Assembly (NCBI GenBank): GCA_040954595.2
Contig: CM082583.2
Location: forward strand, 4,039,060-4,103,059
Direction: 5' to 3'
Origin: Balanoglossus misakiensis
Taxonomy: Eukaryota > Animalia > Hemichordata
DNA length: 64,000 bases
Below the pieces are notes generated by a model. That model searched no databases. It was not told the origin of the DNA and was given only the letters and a program-made list of their open reading frames with translations. The position numbers and the translations under genes are program-made. This document shows, piece after piece, positions 9,851-22,102 of this stretch (the stretch's first letter is position 1; each line of letters begins with the position of its first letter).

Positions 9851-12800
9851 GGAAATAGTGTAATTTTTCAGAAGAGCTACTAGCACATAAACCACTTGGA
9901 TGTTTTTCTTGGCACGCTAAAATGAATCATTTCCCACATCTAGATCTGTGTCTCTAGAATGCTAAGACTCGGAGTTGTAACTGGTGTCAGTTTGTGTACA
10001 CTACACTACACTGTGACAATTAGTTGTTAAAGAATTATGAAATAATGCTTGTTACTCTTGGACTTGTGCCTATGTGCACTGTGACTCATAGTACCTCCTA
10101 ACGTATTTTCATGGAAGAATACAGCTGTGTGCACTGATGGTAGTTGCCTGTACTTTCAGGAACTGTTTTGTGAAGACTGTCTCAGAGTCCAACACAATAG
10201 TCCCGCAGATGACATCATCTCTACAGTCTGGGCATTTAATTAGCCTTTCTTGTCATAAATATTGTGGTACATGACTTCTTACACAAATTAAGATGACAGA
10301 CGAAACATTCACTGGTGATACCAGCTGCATCATCTACCGCAGCAACTACAAAACAATGCTTATGGCCCACTACAATACAATTTCATTGTCCATGATCCAT
10401 CCAACAACAGACATGACACCAGTTACAACAGCAATGTCTTAGAGATCAATCCAACTAAACCAATGCCTCTCTCATAGCTCAGAACAATAGAAAAATATAC
10501 TCCTATACACAAAGATCACAGCATAATGTAACGTCTATTGAGAAAGGCTAGGGGAAAAACAATACCCGATAATTTTTCTTCGATTAAAGTCATTTCAACA
10601 ACACAGCAAGGTGATTCTTGTTGACTAAAATGTACAAATTACTACTGTCATGAACAAATGAAGAAAATATTTTACAAAGTTGTGAGATGACTTGATCATC
10701 AATACCAGTATGTATATATATTTCTAGTGTAAATATACATGTACTTAGTTTGTATGTAGAGGAAAGAGTGCAAATGTGACACCGCCATCAATTGGCCACC
10801 CTACAGATTACTTTGTTTTTGTTATCTGTTCATCTGACAGATTTGTAGCTTTTTCTTTTGGAACAATGGAAATCAATTGGTAAAATGTTGCTGCTCTTTG
10901 ACAGATATTATATCACGCAAGTGGATCTACACTGCACAGAATTTTCTAATGCTCAGCTGGCTGTCATTTTCCTGAAAAATCTCAGGTGAGGATGGGACAC
11001 AAAACTACTGTCCCTATTAAATTCATGATGTTGCATATAGGCACCATGATTTTCTGCGTCTAAGAAGGTAATGAAATGGTTTTCTACAGGAAGATCTGGA
11101 AATGAATGGGAAGGAAACGGTCGTGTTTTGATTTTCAATTACAACTCCTTAAAACACTGAACAGGGACCGAATTTTCACAATGCAGTGGCATTATATATG
11201 AACCTGTTTTTCCCTGGCGTTTGAACGGACTGTGAGAAAGACGTTTTATGATAGCTATCCGTTTATTGACGGAATATTTGTTTACCTTGAGAGAATACAG
11301 CAAAACCCATTCATACCTGTGGCAAGACTGCAGCATTGCTTGCATGCTAACTTGACAAAATACATAAACCCAATCTTGAAAAGTTAAACTGTAGTTGAAA
11401 TGTAACCTACTAAGGACGAATTCAACTGACTTCCAGATTTAGAGAAGCATAAACAGTGACACCACAATTTATGACAATAATTGTGTTTCAAACAAGCTGT
11501 CTGCATGTATTTTTCTGCATTACAAGTTTAACATCACTAGTATTACAAGTAGCACCATGTAGCAAGTTTTAAAATAATAGTTGTTCAAAGAAAAAAAACA
11601 CTAACCAAATGACTTCCGCATCTCATTCAAGTCGCCAAGACTGGAAGAACCTGGGTCATTTAAATAGATTCTTTAAAGAGTAAATATTTCGTATGCTGCC
11701 TGCTTCCAGCCACATTCATCACCACATCAATCCTGAGACTGCACAGATTAATATTAACCCTGCTGTCCCCATTTCCATGTGGACAAACCAAGCATTACCA
11801 TAGTAAGCAAAAGGGTTGGATCAAACTATAGTAGTGAAAGGGGGAGGTCAGTTCTCATATTCTCCATTTACGATGATTGACCCCATGGCACTGACACTGA
11901 CAATTTTTCACCAACACAGTCATTGCTAACTTCCTTGCAAATCAGCTAAACGTTTTCCATGATTTTGTTTAATTTATTAATTTTCAATTGATTGAAACAT
12001 ATTTTGGGGTGTGTTTGCCAGAAGAACACTGATCAGCAACCTGACTTCAGGGGGGAGGGGGGACCATTATCTAATAAAGCCCAGACTCCATGCATACAAG
12101 ATCACAATCAGCTGCTCCAGTGTGTATTATCTTTCAAACGTAACGGCTGTCTTAATCAACAAGCTAAAAATGCTGAGTCTGGCATACAATCAGGACACCC
12201 TAATCGGGACGCACACAGGGATGATAAAACTAAACTGTGGCTAGTCTGTCAAAGAAGTCATTCCAAGGAAACCAACAACAAAAAACGACAAAGACCAGAT
12301 TCACCAGAACCATCTACACAAAAGTTACCCTGACAGTTTTGAACACAGAGAATAGAAACAATTACAATTTGTGTGTCTATGGCATTGGCAAGTAAATCTG
12401 CCCTCATATTAAACACAACTTATCATGAATCTAAGCGTTTCTATCATTGAACATAATGCAATATGATATGCATGTACATAAGTTACATCTTGCCTCCATA
12501 ATTACATTACGCTAAAACATTTGTTCCAATTCGGGGTCTTTAATACTATCTCAATAGTATGAAATCGTGGTCTCCTTACTCTCCGTCATTACTAAAAAAG
12601 CAATCTACATAAACAACAATGAAAGTCAAAAGAAAGCTAGTACAAAAACTAATAATGTACATACATTTAAATTCCATGAGACTGTCCAGCAATTCTTTAT
12701 TATACTACTACATATCAGAATATTAAATAATATATTTTTTACAAATTAATTTCAAAACCTTTGTTGAAACCAAATCACTGTATTGCAAATACATATGCAT

Positions 12801-14804
12801 GAAGGAGCTAATCTCTACCAGCTCATATGATCACAGAATTTCCTTTTTATGAAAACAGAAGATATGATAAAAGGAATATGTACCACCCTGATTCAAAAAA
12901 GGAATCAGATTCTTTTTGAATTTACAATCAAGTAGACATATTGCATGCTATACAAGAACTACAAGAGAAAATCGTAATTACAATCTTATAAACATTGATA
13001 ATCTGATCAGATAATCGTGCTGTAATGAAGTTGAACATAAGCGGATGGGAACTTGAAGAGTACCATTACTTCCACCATCTGGACAGGTTAACACCATCTG
13101 AACAGAAAATGGTGCTATAATGTGACAGTCTGAAAATCCAATAACAGTTTGATGTTCTGAACTGGTGGCATCACTGTTTGTGCTAAGATGTGGAATCACA
13201 CAAAGGGTTTTTTTGAAATCTGGTACCACTGCAGCTACACTCTCACATGAAAGTCTTTGCTCTACAAAGAAAGTAACAAGGGAGCCATCATGCAGATAAC
13301 TGGGGGTGCTGCCCTTAAATGTACACAGTCACCAATGCAAATGTAGCCACAGTTACCATGGAAAGTTGAGGTCTAGCAAATTGCAAGATTTTTATTTGCA
13401 GGTTGGCCACACACAAAAAAGTGTGCCATGAAACAGACATTTGAAGACCTAGACACGTCCTTTTTAGCATCCATGAGCAGGTGTAAATCAAATCTGGGTA
13501 CCTTTTGCACCCTGACCAGTCAGTGACCTACGCTGTTATCCGAGGCGGCTTCGAAAGGGTTAACAAAAACACTGACAATAGATGCCTGATCTGAACAACA
13601 AACTGTACATCATCAACAGACTGGGGCAAGTAGTGGCACTTTCAACACCCCAAATAAACAGACACATTCAACTTAATGTTGTCATTTCCCCTTTTCGACA
13701 AAAAGAAACCACTGCCTTCTTCCTATACCTCAATATCCTTTTTAAATAAAATGTGAGTAAAATCGAATTGATAAGACCAATATTTTGTCAGTGGAATCAC
13801 AAATTTGAAAATTGAATGTGAAATAGAAAAAAATCTGCAATATTTGGTCTGTTGCGTAAAGTGTATTGTGTGTGAACTAAATTTAGTATCTGTTCTTCAC
13901 ATCCAACCCAAAATATCCATGGGAACCATACATTCAAGTAGTATGAAAATGAACATTGTAAAGTACTTGACATTTTAAAGCCTGCTCTCAATTTTTCATT
14001 GTGGTTGAAAATGACAATTACGCACGTAATGCGTAAATGATCGCTAAACAACTTTACTGCAACAATAGGAAATCATTCTGATATATCATATAGTATAATA
14101 ATATACAATAAATTGATTGATAAATGCTACAGCTCAAAGATTGTAATCTCCATAATTCACAGCATAGTCATTAACAAATGAGACCCCCCCCCCCCCACCC
14201 CACCCGGAATGCTAAAAGTACAAACACAATGACAACTACAATAAATATGATCCGTTTAATTCCGCTGGCAAATTGTCACGAGAGAAAACACCTCACACGC
14301 TGAAACAACCAACTCACACCTGCAGATCAAGACTACTTGATGTGACCACATTGATGTCAGCATGGATCGGGCAACTCCATTCTAGACACAAGGGGTGCAC
14401 AGGTTGGCTAAGGACTGACTGTGTGAAAAAAAGGTGGACTTGAACACTTCTGGACATCACTGTTGAAACGCAATCCTTAGTTTATGATTATGGCGACAGA
14501 CCCATATTGAACTAATTGAATACAAAATATAATTATCAAATGTACAGTCAATTCATCTAATGACTACAATGTAACATTTGTTTGTTATTCAAAGAATACA
14601 TGTATCAAGAATGAGTAAACCACTCTGTTCATTCACCTTTAAGTTATCCTATGAAGAAAATATACAGCTTTGTCATTTAGCTCCGAGCTCTGTTCATATA
14701 CAAAACAAAATATCTTGACAGTAGGCTTGACATGGACCTTTTAGTTTGGCTGTGACTGGGAGGGCGTAATCTTGTGATAAAAACTGCACATTCTGATTGG
14801 TTGA

Positions 14805-14897
14805 TCACAGGTCTCCATCATTTATATCTTCAAAAACATCTTTCTGACCCGCTGCGTTGTTCTTCCGTCTTCCAAAAATGTTCCTCGATGAAAAACC
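14805..14897 (-). CDS. SNX27: SNX27 last coding exon (GFSSRNIFGRRKNNAAGQKDVFEDINDGDL*)
   Basis: tttaattttccag acceptor, phase 0 matching the upstream donor; NIF segment resembles the human SNX27a tail; TGA at 14807-14805. Confidence 0.72.
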   Translation of the reverse strand, partial: GFSSRNIFGRRKNNAAGQKDVFEDINDGDL

Positions 14898-16031
14898 CTG
14901 GAAAATTAAACCAACAAGTTATTTGAAACTGCGTTGTACACCTCATGTAGATCACGTGATTACATGTAATGATGTTTGATGGTGTGTAACCAGGTTTTCG
15001 TTGTTGAAAAATTCAACCCACACAAAATGACACCCATGGGTGATTATTCGAATGGGGAGGGGATTATTGACATTTCAGTTCTATTACGATGCAATGAAAC
15101 CTGTCCATCTAAATTCCACATGACTGATACACAGTCAGCTGTGTCAGATGACAATTTTGTGTGTGTCCGTTGTTGGTAATTTTGGCCTGGCAACCATCGC
15201 AGTTTTGCCTAACAACCAACTTCACGATGGCAACTCATCTTTGAGTCTGCAGATCCCACGGGATTGTGTCACATTCCGGGGATCACTAGAGACATCAAAC
15301 GCCAGCCAGGTGCCTGAAGCTTGATCGCGCTCCCATCCAGGGAGACGTGTGGCACCATGAATGTTGATTACTCTACAGTTTTAATGGATTGTAGTGCTAT
15401 GAACCTGTGCAATCAGTCTCCTATATTTGTGATCACTAAGGAGTGCCACCGAACTATTATACAATTAACAAATTGCAGCTTAGCAATACACACACACTTT
15501 ACTAAAAACAACATTTTGATTTTACAATGATATCATATAAATATTTAATAACAATTTTAATCAATGAGCTTTACCAGTGAGAATGAGTCAACCCATTAAA
15601 GGTAAATGTATAGACACACTTTTGCAAATTTAGTCACCATGGCTAGATTAGATCTAGCCAATGACAGATTTTTGCTGGGAGGCCACCCCAAAACGAATGC
15701 CACTAAATGTTCTTTGGGAGACTCAAACATGCCTTTTAACCATTACAGGTGACTGAACACCTTTATAGATGTAGTACCATCAATGCTCATCAGGCTGTGG
15801 GCACCTGGTTAGTACATTGACATTTCAGGAAGGTTCCCACAGGGAAGGCAAAAAAGGGGTTCTTGCACCCGATAGTAAATCCTCCTAGTCTGCTTGGCCT
15901 AACAACTATACAGCTGGCTTAGCATGCAAGCACCTCACCATGACAACCCATCTTATACCTGTAGCTTCCAGGTCTTATAAGCCTGGCAACCACGTAGCCG
16001 GCCTAGCAACCATTTCACCATGACAACTCAC

Positions 16032-16229
16032 CTTTGTGCCTGTCGCTCCTACTGGTCTGCTCGGCCTAGCAACCATCTCCTCCTCATATTCTTCATCTTC
16101 ATCTTCATCATCTTCGTCCTCGTCGTCTGCTTCCTCCTCATCCTCCTCTTCCTCCTCATGAACTTGATTTTCCTTCAGCCAATTGATTTCAGCCATGATC
16201 CGCTCAAAGCAGTCAAACAAGTAATGATA
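16032..16229 (-). CDS. SNX27: SNX27 exon (end of FERM-like domain plus acidic tract)
   Basis: YHYLFDCFERIMAEINWLKEN...acidic...GATGTK; TAG acceptor, GTGAG donor, 198 nt, phase 0/0. Confidence 0.9.
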
Positions 16230-17109
16230 CTACAGGAAAATAATCAGAATTCCAGTGATGAACATAAGTAGGTGTTAGGTCAACTGACTGTTCCACATTT
16301 GCTCTGTCTCGATTTTAGACTAAATGTTTAGAAATTTAGTTCCACAAGTCTGTTCTGTGCGTTTGATATAAAACTACACAAATCATAAAATAATATTACT
16401 TTAATGCAACCAATGTGATGTGGGACTAGATGTCTTTTAGCATAGGTTGTCTGGAGTTCAGATATTGATTGCAGCGTACCACAGAAGAGAATCAGAAATT
16501 GCTACATGATGATGTAAAGGCATGGATGATGGTGCCTGGTGAAATTTAATATGAATCTAGGACTGCTTGATACACATGAATAGACTGGATGAGACCTTGT
16601 TGCCTCCAAGTGTTCATGTATGCAAGCTGTTCACATTTGGAACAAATGTTCGATCTGCCATTCCGGTCATTTCCCTAGCAGAAAGACTACCTGCCGATAT
16701 TACTCGGGGGTGATATTGGATCTTCTAGGCACTCAGTCAAGAAATATCACAAAATGACAAAATACAAAAAAGTGCCCTATAGTAGTTTGTGATGTCTCAG
16801 TTGCAACGAATGGCAGTATGGACACATCCAAACTAGAAACAACACTGATGCAACGGCCGATAAAAAACAAGAAAATATCAACCATTATTGAATGTTGAAT
16901 GTTGAAATTGACTTAGAATTTCACAGAGGGTCAAGAGCAAAACAAATGCAAATAATTTCCCTGCAGTAACTTGTGGTGTCGCAGTTGCAAGGAATTGCAG
17001 TATGGACACATCCAAACTTCAAAGGACGTTGACGCAAAACCTAGCATGATGAAATTAACACAGAATTTCACAGAATTTCAATAACAAAACAAACGAGTGG
17101 AAGACTTAC

Positions 17110-17238
17110 ATAAGAGGTAAAAATCTTCACCCATTTGGCTCGTTTTCCTTCTTTGACGTATTCAAAACAAAAATACATTCCTTCTTCGTCCACTTCCCAT
17201 CTCTGGATTTCATCCCAGGTAAATGTGTGTGCTTGGTC
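17110..17238 (-). CDS. SNX27: SNX27 exon (FERM F3)
   Basis: DQAHTFTWDEIQRWEVDEEGMYFCFEYVKEGKRAKWVKIFTSY; CAG acceptor, GTAAG donor, 129 nt. Confidence 0.94.
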
Positions 17239-18705
17239 CTGCAAGACACACACATAAAACAGATCTTGTTGAAACATGATAACATGTACTGTATGGTTGA
17301 TGTGTTTCTTTTCTGCTATTCACTCAACTGAACAGAGGTGAACGTATGAAAATAATAATGGTGGTTTTTCTCCAAAATGTTACATTCATGTACAAATGTA
17401 CGCCACAGGCATTGCATACATTCTTACAACACATCATCATATACCTGTAGACATGTGTGTTGTATATATGGCCCAATTAGTACAGAACATATTACTAGAA
17501 GTGTGAATAAGTTGTTATTTATGATACTAAAGGGGAAGGAACTACAAAAGTTACATGCCAAGGGTAGTCCTGCTGTGGTACATGTTTGCCATAAAGCAGC
17601 AGGTTTTCTGGGTGTGTAGACATCCTTGTATTCCCCCCCCCCCCCCTTCGTCCAAGCCGATCACCTGAATGTGTGGAGACAATCACAACCTAGTACAGAC
17701 TGATATAGTTTCACCTTTAATCTGAGCTCGCTTATGTTAATGCACTTACAAGATATCACCCGACATCACTTGTACTTTCAGGTGACATTTTGACCTCTGC
17801 TTACAGCAAACTTAGAAATGATGGACGACGTCCCCAGACAAATGACGTACATTTGTATCTCTTTGGAATCTTAAGTGGGTGTTTACAGACTGTGATGATA
17901 CTTGTTAGCAAAATTCACTGACACAAACCAGGAAAAAAAAAGATTTTTTCTAGTTCTCATGGTGACTCAGCCGTTCCATGTTAAATAGAAGATTGTTTTC
18001 CCATGGAGAATATCAGTTTGATTGATTAAATTGGAATTAATTATCGTCAGGAGTTTGAAATTAATCTCTGCATTGTTTCGGGGGGGGGGGGGGGGGGTGC
18101 AGGAGAGACGTGTAATTGTATACTGATGGAAAGATGGATGATGCTGGCTTGCAAATGATGCCACGCATAATGATATACTACTGTTCTTGCGGCTAATGGT
18201 GGAATGGAGCTGGGGTAGAGAGGAATGCCATTTGACACGCACTGCAGTCTACTCATCAATTCCTGAAATCATGTCAAGCCACTGGGAATATAAGTATAAT
18301 GAAGGTGCAAGCCATCTTGCTGTTGCTTGATGATATATCATCTGCGCGGTGTGTGCTTCATGTATCTTTTCAATAAGCCAGAGTGTAGATAGAGTTTAGC
18401 AACTGCACATCAAGGACTACCTGACAATCCATCATGACATTTTCACTGCAGATAGGATCAATGCGTCCACCGCATCGATCATGATAAGGACAGACAACCT
18501 TCAGGGCTGTTGTGATAATGAATATGTACATGTATGCTTTACAAGTAAAGACCCATCAGTATACATGTATGCTTATGCCGGTTTCAATTGTAGAAATGAT
18601 TAATTGGAACAGTAACTCAGACAGTGCATTGTCACTGTATCAGAATCGCTGAATTCTGCCATATATTCTCTCACCGGGGCCTAGATTCTAGTACTGATAG
18701 TTTAA

Positions 18706-18988
18706 CCCTAATGCTGCCAAGTCGGTCGAAACTGGTTTGATTTCCAGGGTGCCTAGAATTCTGGCACCCAGGCCTGTTAGGCTGCAAAGTGCGTGTTATT
18801 CAGTAGGGCCTATAGAAAACCCTCAAACCAAACCAAACCAGTACGATTTGGTAACATTTTACGGGGGGTTCAAACTGCCAATTGTGTCTAAGTACGTATG
18901 AGAGCCATGCCAAGACAGTCAAAATACATTTAAGAAGAAAAATGGCACATATGTATTTTAAACAGGTATGACACCCAGTAGCATAGGG
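18706..18988. mobile_element. piggyBac-like MITE
   Basis: TTAA|CCCTAATGCT ... AGCATAGGG|TTAA termini. Confidence 0.6.
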
Positions 18989-19050
18989 TTAAATTGAAGC
19001 AGACCAGCGAAATGATATAAGGCCGAGGTGATGTACAGATAAAAACATAC

Positions 19051-19200
19051 CTCAAGTTGTCCATCATCTGTGCAGGCTTGGAGTTTGAAGTGTTCTACGG
19101 CGCACGATGCAATAATATGACCTATTTTTCGGGCATCACAGGCGCAGTGTGGAAAACTTATGGCATTGTATCCTTCTAAGCCATGTGCTACTTGTAAATA
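19051..19200 (-). CDS. SNX27: SNX27 exon (FERM F2/F3)
   Basis: YLQVAHGLEGYNAISFPHCACDARKIGHIIASCAVEHFKLQACTDDGQLE, matching SNX27 EGYN..FPHCACD.R..GH...HFKL.ACT..GQLE; canonical splice sites, 150 nt. Confidence 0.95.
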
Positions 19201-19345
19201 CTGTAGACAAAAAACAATTGAGAATTGTAGAAATAATTTCAGTCAACCAGACAATTCTCATAAGCTGCCTTTCACACAACCCACAACTGTCACATGATTT
19301 TGACAAATGCAATAAAGTCACCTCTTTGAGCAATTTTAACCTTAC

Positions 19346-19435
19346 CTGTAATTTTTTGTGATTTTCTTGTAAAGATTTCAGTTGATATAGACTATTTCCA
19401 GGTTTGATTCGACCTTTCCCAATGTCATCAACAGC
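19346..19435 (-). CDS. SNX27: SNX27 exon (FERM F2)
   Basis: AVDDIGKGRIKPGNSLYQLKSLQENHKKLQ; CAG acceptor, GTAAG donor, 90 nt. Confidence 0.92.
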
Positions 19436-19800
19436 CTGGAAAACGGAGAAACAAGAGACAAGTTTTATCGCATGTTAAATTTGAGACAATTTGGCTATCT
19501 TGTTCAAGCATAGAATTAATTTCGATTATCAATTTTAAGAGAGAATTTATCTATAGTTGCCTCGTGAGAACAAGTTTGAGAGTTTGATTTTCGATGTGCA
19601 TACAACATTAATGGGTAGCAGAAGTAGGGTATCACTAGGAATCCCCAATTTTTTACTAAATGTTCTCTGACCCTAGCAAACACACTGAATGCTTCCATGA
19701 CAAAATCAACAGAAATGATGTCACGGGGGTCATACGCTAAGACTTTAAAATAAGAACTGAAACACTTCAACAACACATCTTCATGAGCACAACAACTCTA

Positions 19801-21097
19801 TTATTATTATTATTATTATTAAGAATTGTTTAAAATGCGCTACACATACGTCTCAGCGCATTGTACATAGCTAAAAGAGTAGATTAAAAAATACAAGGCT
19901 GTTAAAAATAGTTAAAAGGACACAATCGAACACGTTACACATAAAACCGAGTAAAAAGGTATGTTTTCAAATTACGCTTAAAAATATTGACACTTCTGGC
20001 GGTTTTGATATCAAGGGGTAAATTGTTCCATAAAATGGGCGCACAAACTGAAAAAGCTCTCTGTCCGTAGGTTTTGTTAAATTTACCATGAGGATGAGTT
20101 AAAAAGAATTGAACACTAGAGCGCAGTTCTCGAGCTGGTACATATAAATGTAAAAGATCAGTCAAATAGGCGGGTGCCTTACCACTGATACATTTGAATG
20201 TGAGCAAGAGAATTTTAAAACTGATGCGGGCCTCTACCGGTAGCCAGTGTAAATCTTTGAGTATGGGTGTGATATGATCGGACTTGCGCGTACGAGTAAC
20301 TAGCCTCGCCGCAGCATTCTGTAGAGACTGAAGTCGAGCTAGATGTCCCTTCGGGATACCAAACAAAAGACTATTACAGTAATCTAAATGAGACGTTACA
20401 AATGCATGAACTAGTTTCTCAGTTGTAGATCTGTCAAGAAGATTACGAATTTTAGCTATTCTATGCAAAGAGAAGAAACCATTTTTGCACAGCTTACTAA
20501 TATGATCAGACATGCTACCATCCTGACTTAAAATAACGCCGAGATTTTTAACTGAAACTGAAGGAATTATGTCACATTGTCCGATTCTTAGACAGTCTAA
20601 TGTTGTCACATTAGATTTTAAACGTGATGAAAAGTGAATAACTTCAGTTTTATCATCATTCAGTACAAGCATGTTAGATTTCATCCAGCTGCGGATATCA
20701 TCGACGCAGAGCTCAATGTTATTGCGAACATCGTTAGGGCTGTTGCAGATGGCATAAATTTGCGTATCGTCCGCGTATATCATGCAATCAATCCCATGTT
20801 TTCCGAAGATGTCTTCCAGAGGTGCAGTGTAGAGTGTAAACATGAGAGGTCCTAGAACAGATCCTTGTGGAACGCCATATTTCATGCGAGAACTTGGGGA
20901 TGATGCAGATCCAACCTTGACGCACTGTTGGCGATTAACGAGGTACGAACGAAACCACGATAAAGTGTTACCAGTTATTCCAAAACGATGATGTAGTCTC
21001 TGTAGCATTATTTCATGATCGATAGTGTCAAACGCCGCTGATAAATCTAACATGATAAGAATTACATCCTGTTTGTTATTCAAGGCAAGCATGATGT
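19801..21097 (-). mobile_element. 5'-truncated non-LTR retrotransposon (L2/CR1 group), RT C-terminal half
   Basis: Uninterrupted ORF with LDLSAAFDTIDH, GVPQGSVLGP, YADDTQIY and LDYCNSLL/QNAAARL/LHWLP motifs; 3' stem-loop TGCGCT...AGCGCA and (AAT)n tail; 8-bp TSD CAACTCTA at 19793-19800 and 21098-21105. Confidence 0.95.
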
Positions 21098-21941
21098 CAA
21101 CTCTAACACAAACAACTTCGCTGGCAAAAGCAAAACAATTTTTTACAAAAAAATATCTTAAGATCCCTTCAGGCAATAGTAATTACTCACAGCGGAACCC
21201 AACTTCACCTAAAAACGCGGTCGACACAAATGCCAGGCTTATAGTGCTATTATCGCAAATGATGTGTGACATGAACAGTCTAAGCAGTGTGTGGTATTAG
21301 CAGAGTGTCACATGAAATTAGGCCCTGAACTGTAAGTAAATTAGGCCTGCATGCATTAGGTGGGAATAGGAGATTAGATCTCAGAATTACAGACTCTCTC
21401 TGATGTCGACTTCATACAGTGTACGGAAGTGGTTGATTACAGTTTGAAGTTGCTACGGTGTTTTTTTTTACTTTTTAAAAAAAATCAAAGTTCATTGACT
21501 GTCATATCAGCTAATTTTTTCTTCTTTATTAGGGATGGTTACAGGGCATTGAAACACCAATCATTATCTGATTACATTTTGACAATATAGTGTAGGTTTA
21601 CAGTGTACTCAGCTCAATCAAGATGGGTGATGGTGACCTTTGACCTGTTATAGGTCACATGACAATCACATGTATCATCAGTGAAACGCTTTCACCCAAA
21701 CTGCCCAGCATTTTGTCTCAGTGAGTGAAATACAGCTGATGTGCTGCAGTGCTATGCGTTTGCAGAAGCTTTTGCATACCCATCCAATACTCTGACCTAG
21801 TTTTAGGTACAGTAACAGGGAACTGGTCACGTGAAGTAAATTGGCATGCCAGAATTAAACATCAATACAGCCTTTAATGAAGCCTGACATTAGATGATTG
21901 GAAATAAATTGTTTGACTGCCAACAGGCTATTCTTACTTAC

Positions 21942-22102
21942 CTGCCAGAAGAAGAAATTGACGGCCATGTCATCGTCGTTAAGTAGCACTTCATGCTGGA
22001 TGGCAAAGATCCATTTTCGTAATGCTATGCAGGTGTTGGTAGCAGTGGAGTAATTCTGAATGTACAAGTTGTGTGGAAATTCATTGGGTTGCAGCTTGCG
22101 TT
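21942..22102 (-). CDS. SNX27: SNX27 exon (RA/F1-F2)
   Basis: [32 protein letters not shown]...NFFFWQ; 161 nt, phase 1 to 0, canonical sites. Confidence 0.95.

Noticed and set aside
14690-14807. Stop-codon readthrough or selenocysteine at the SNX27 TGA
   Set aside because: Context TGA-TCA is not the TGA-CTAG readthrough motif, no SECIS was recognised, and the DL motif works best as a free C-terminus.
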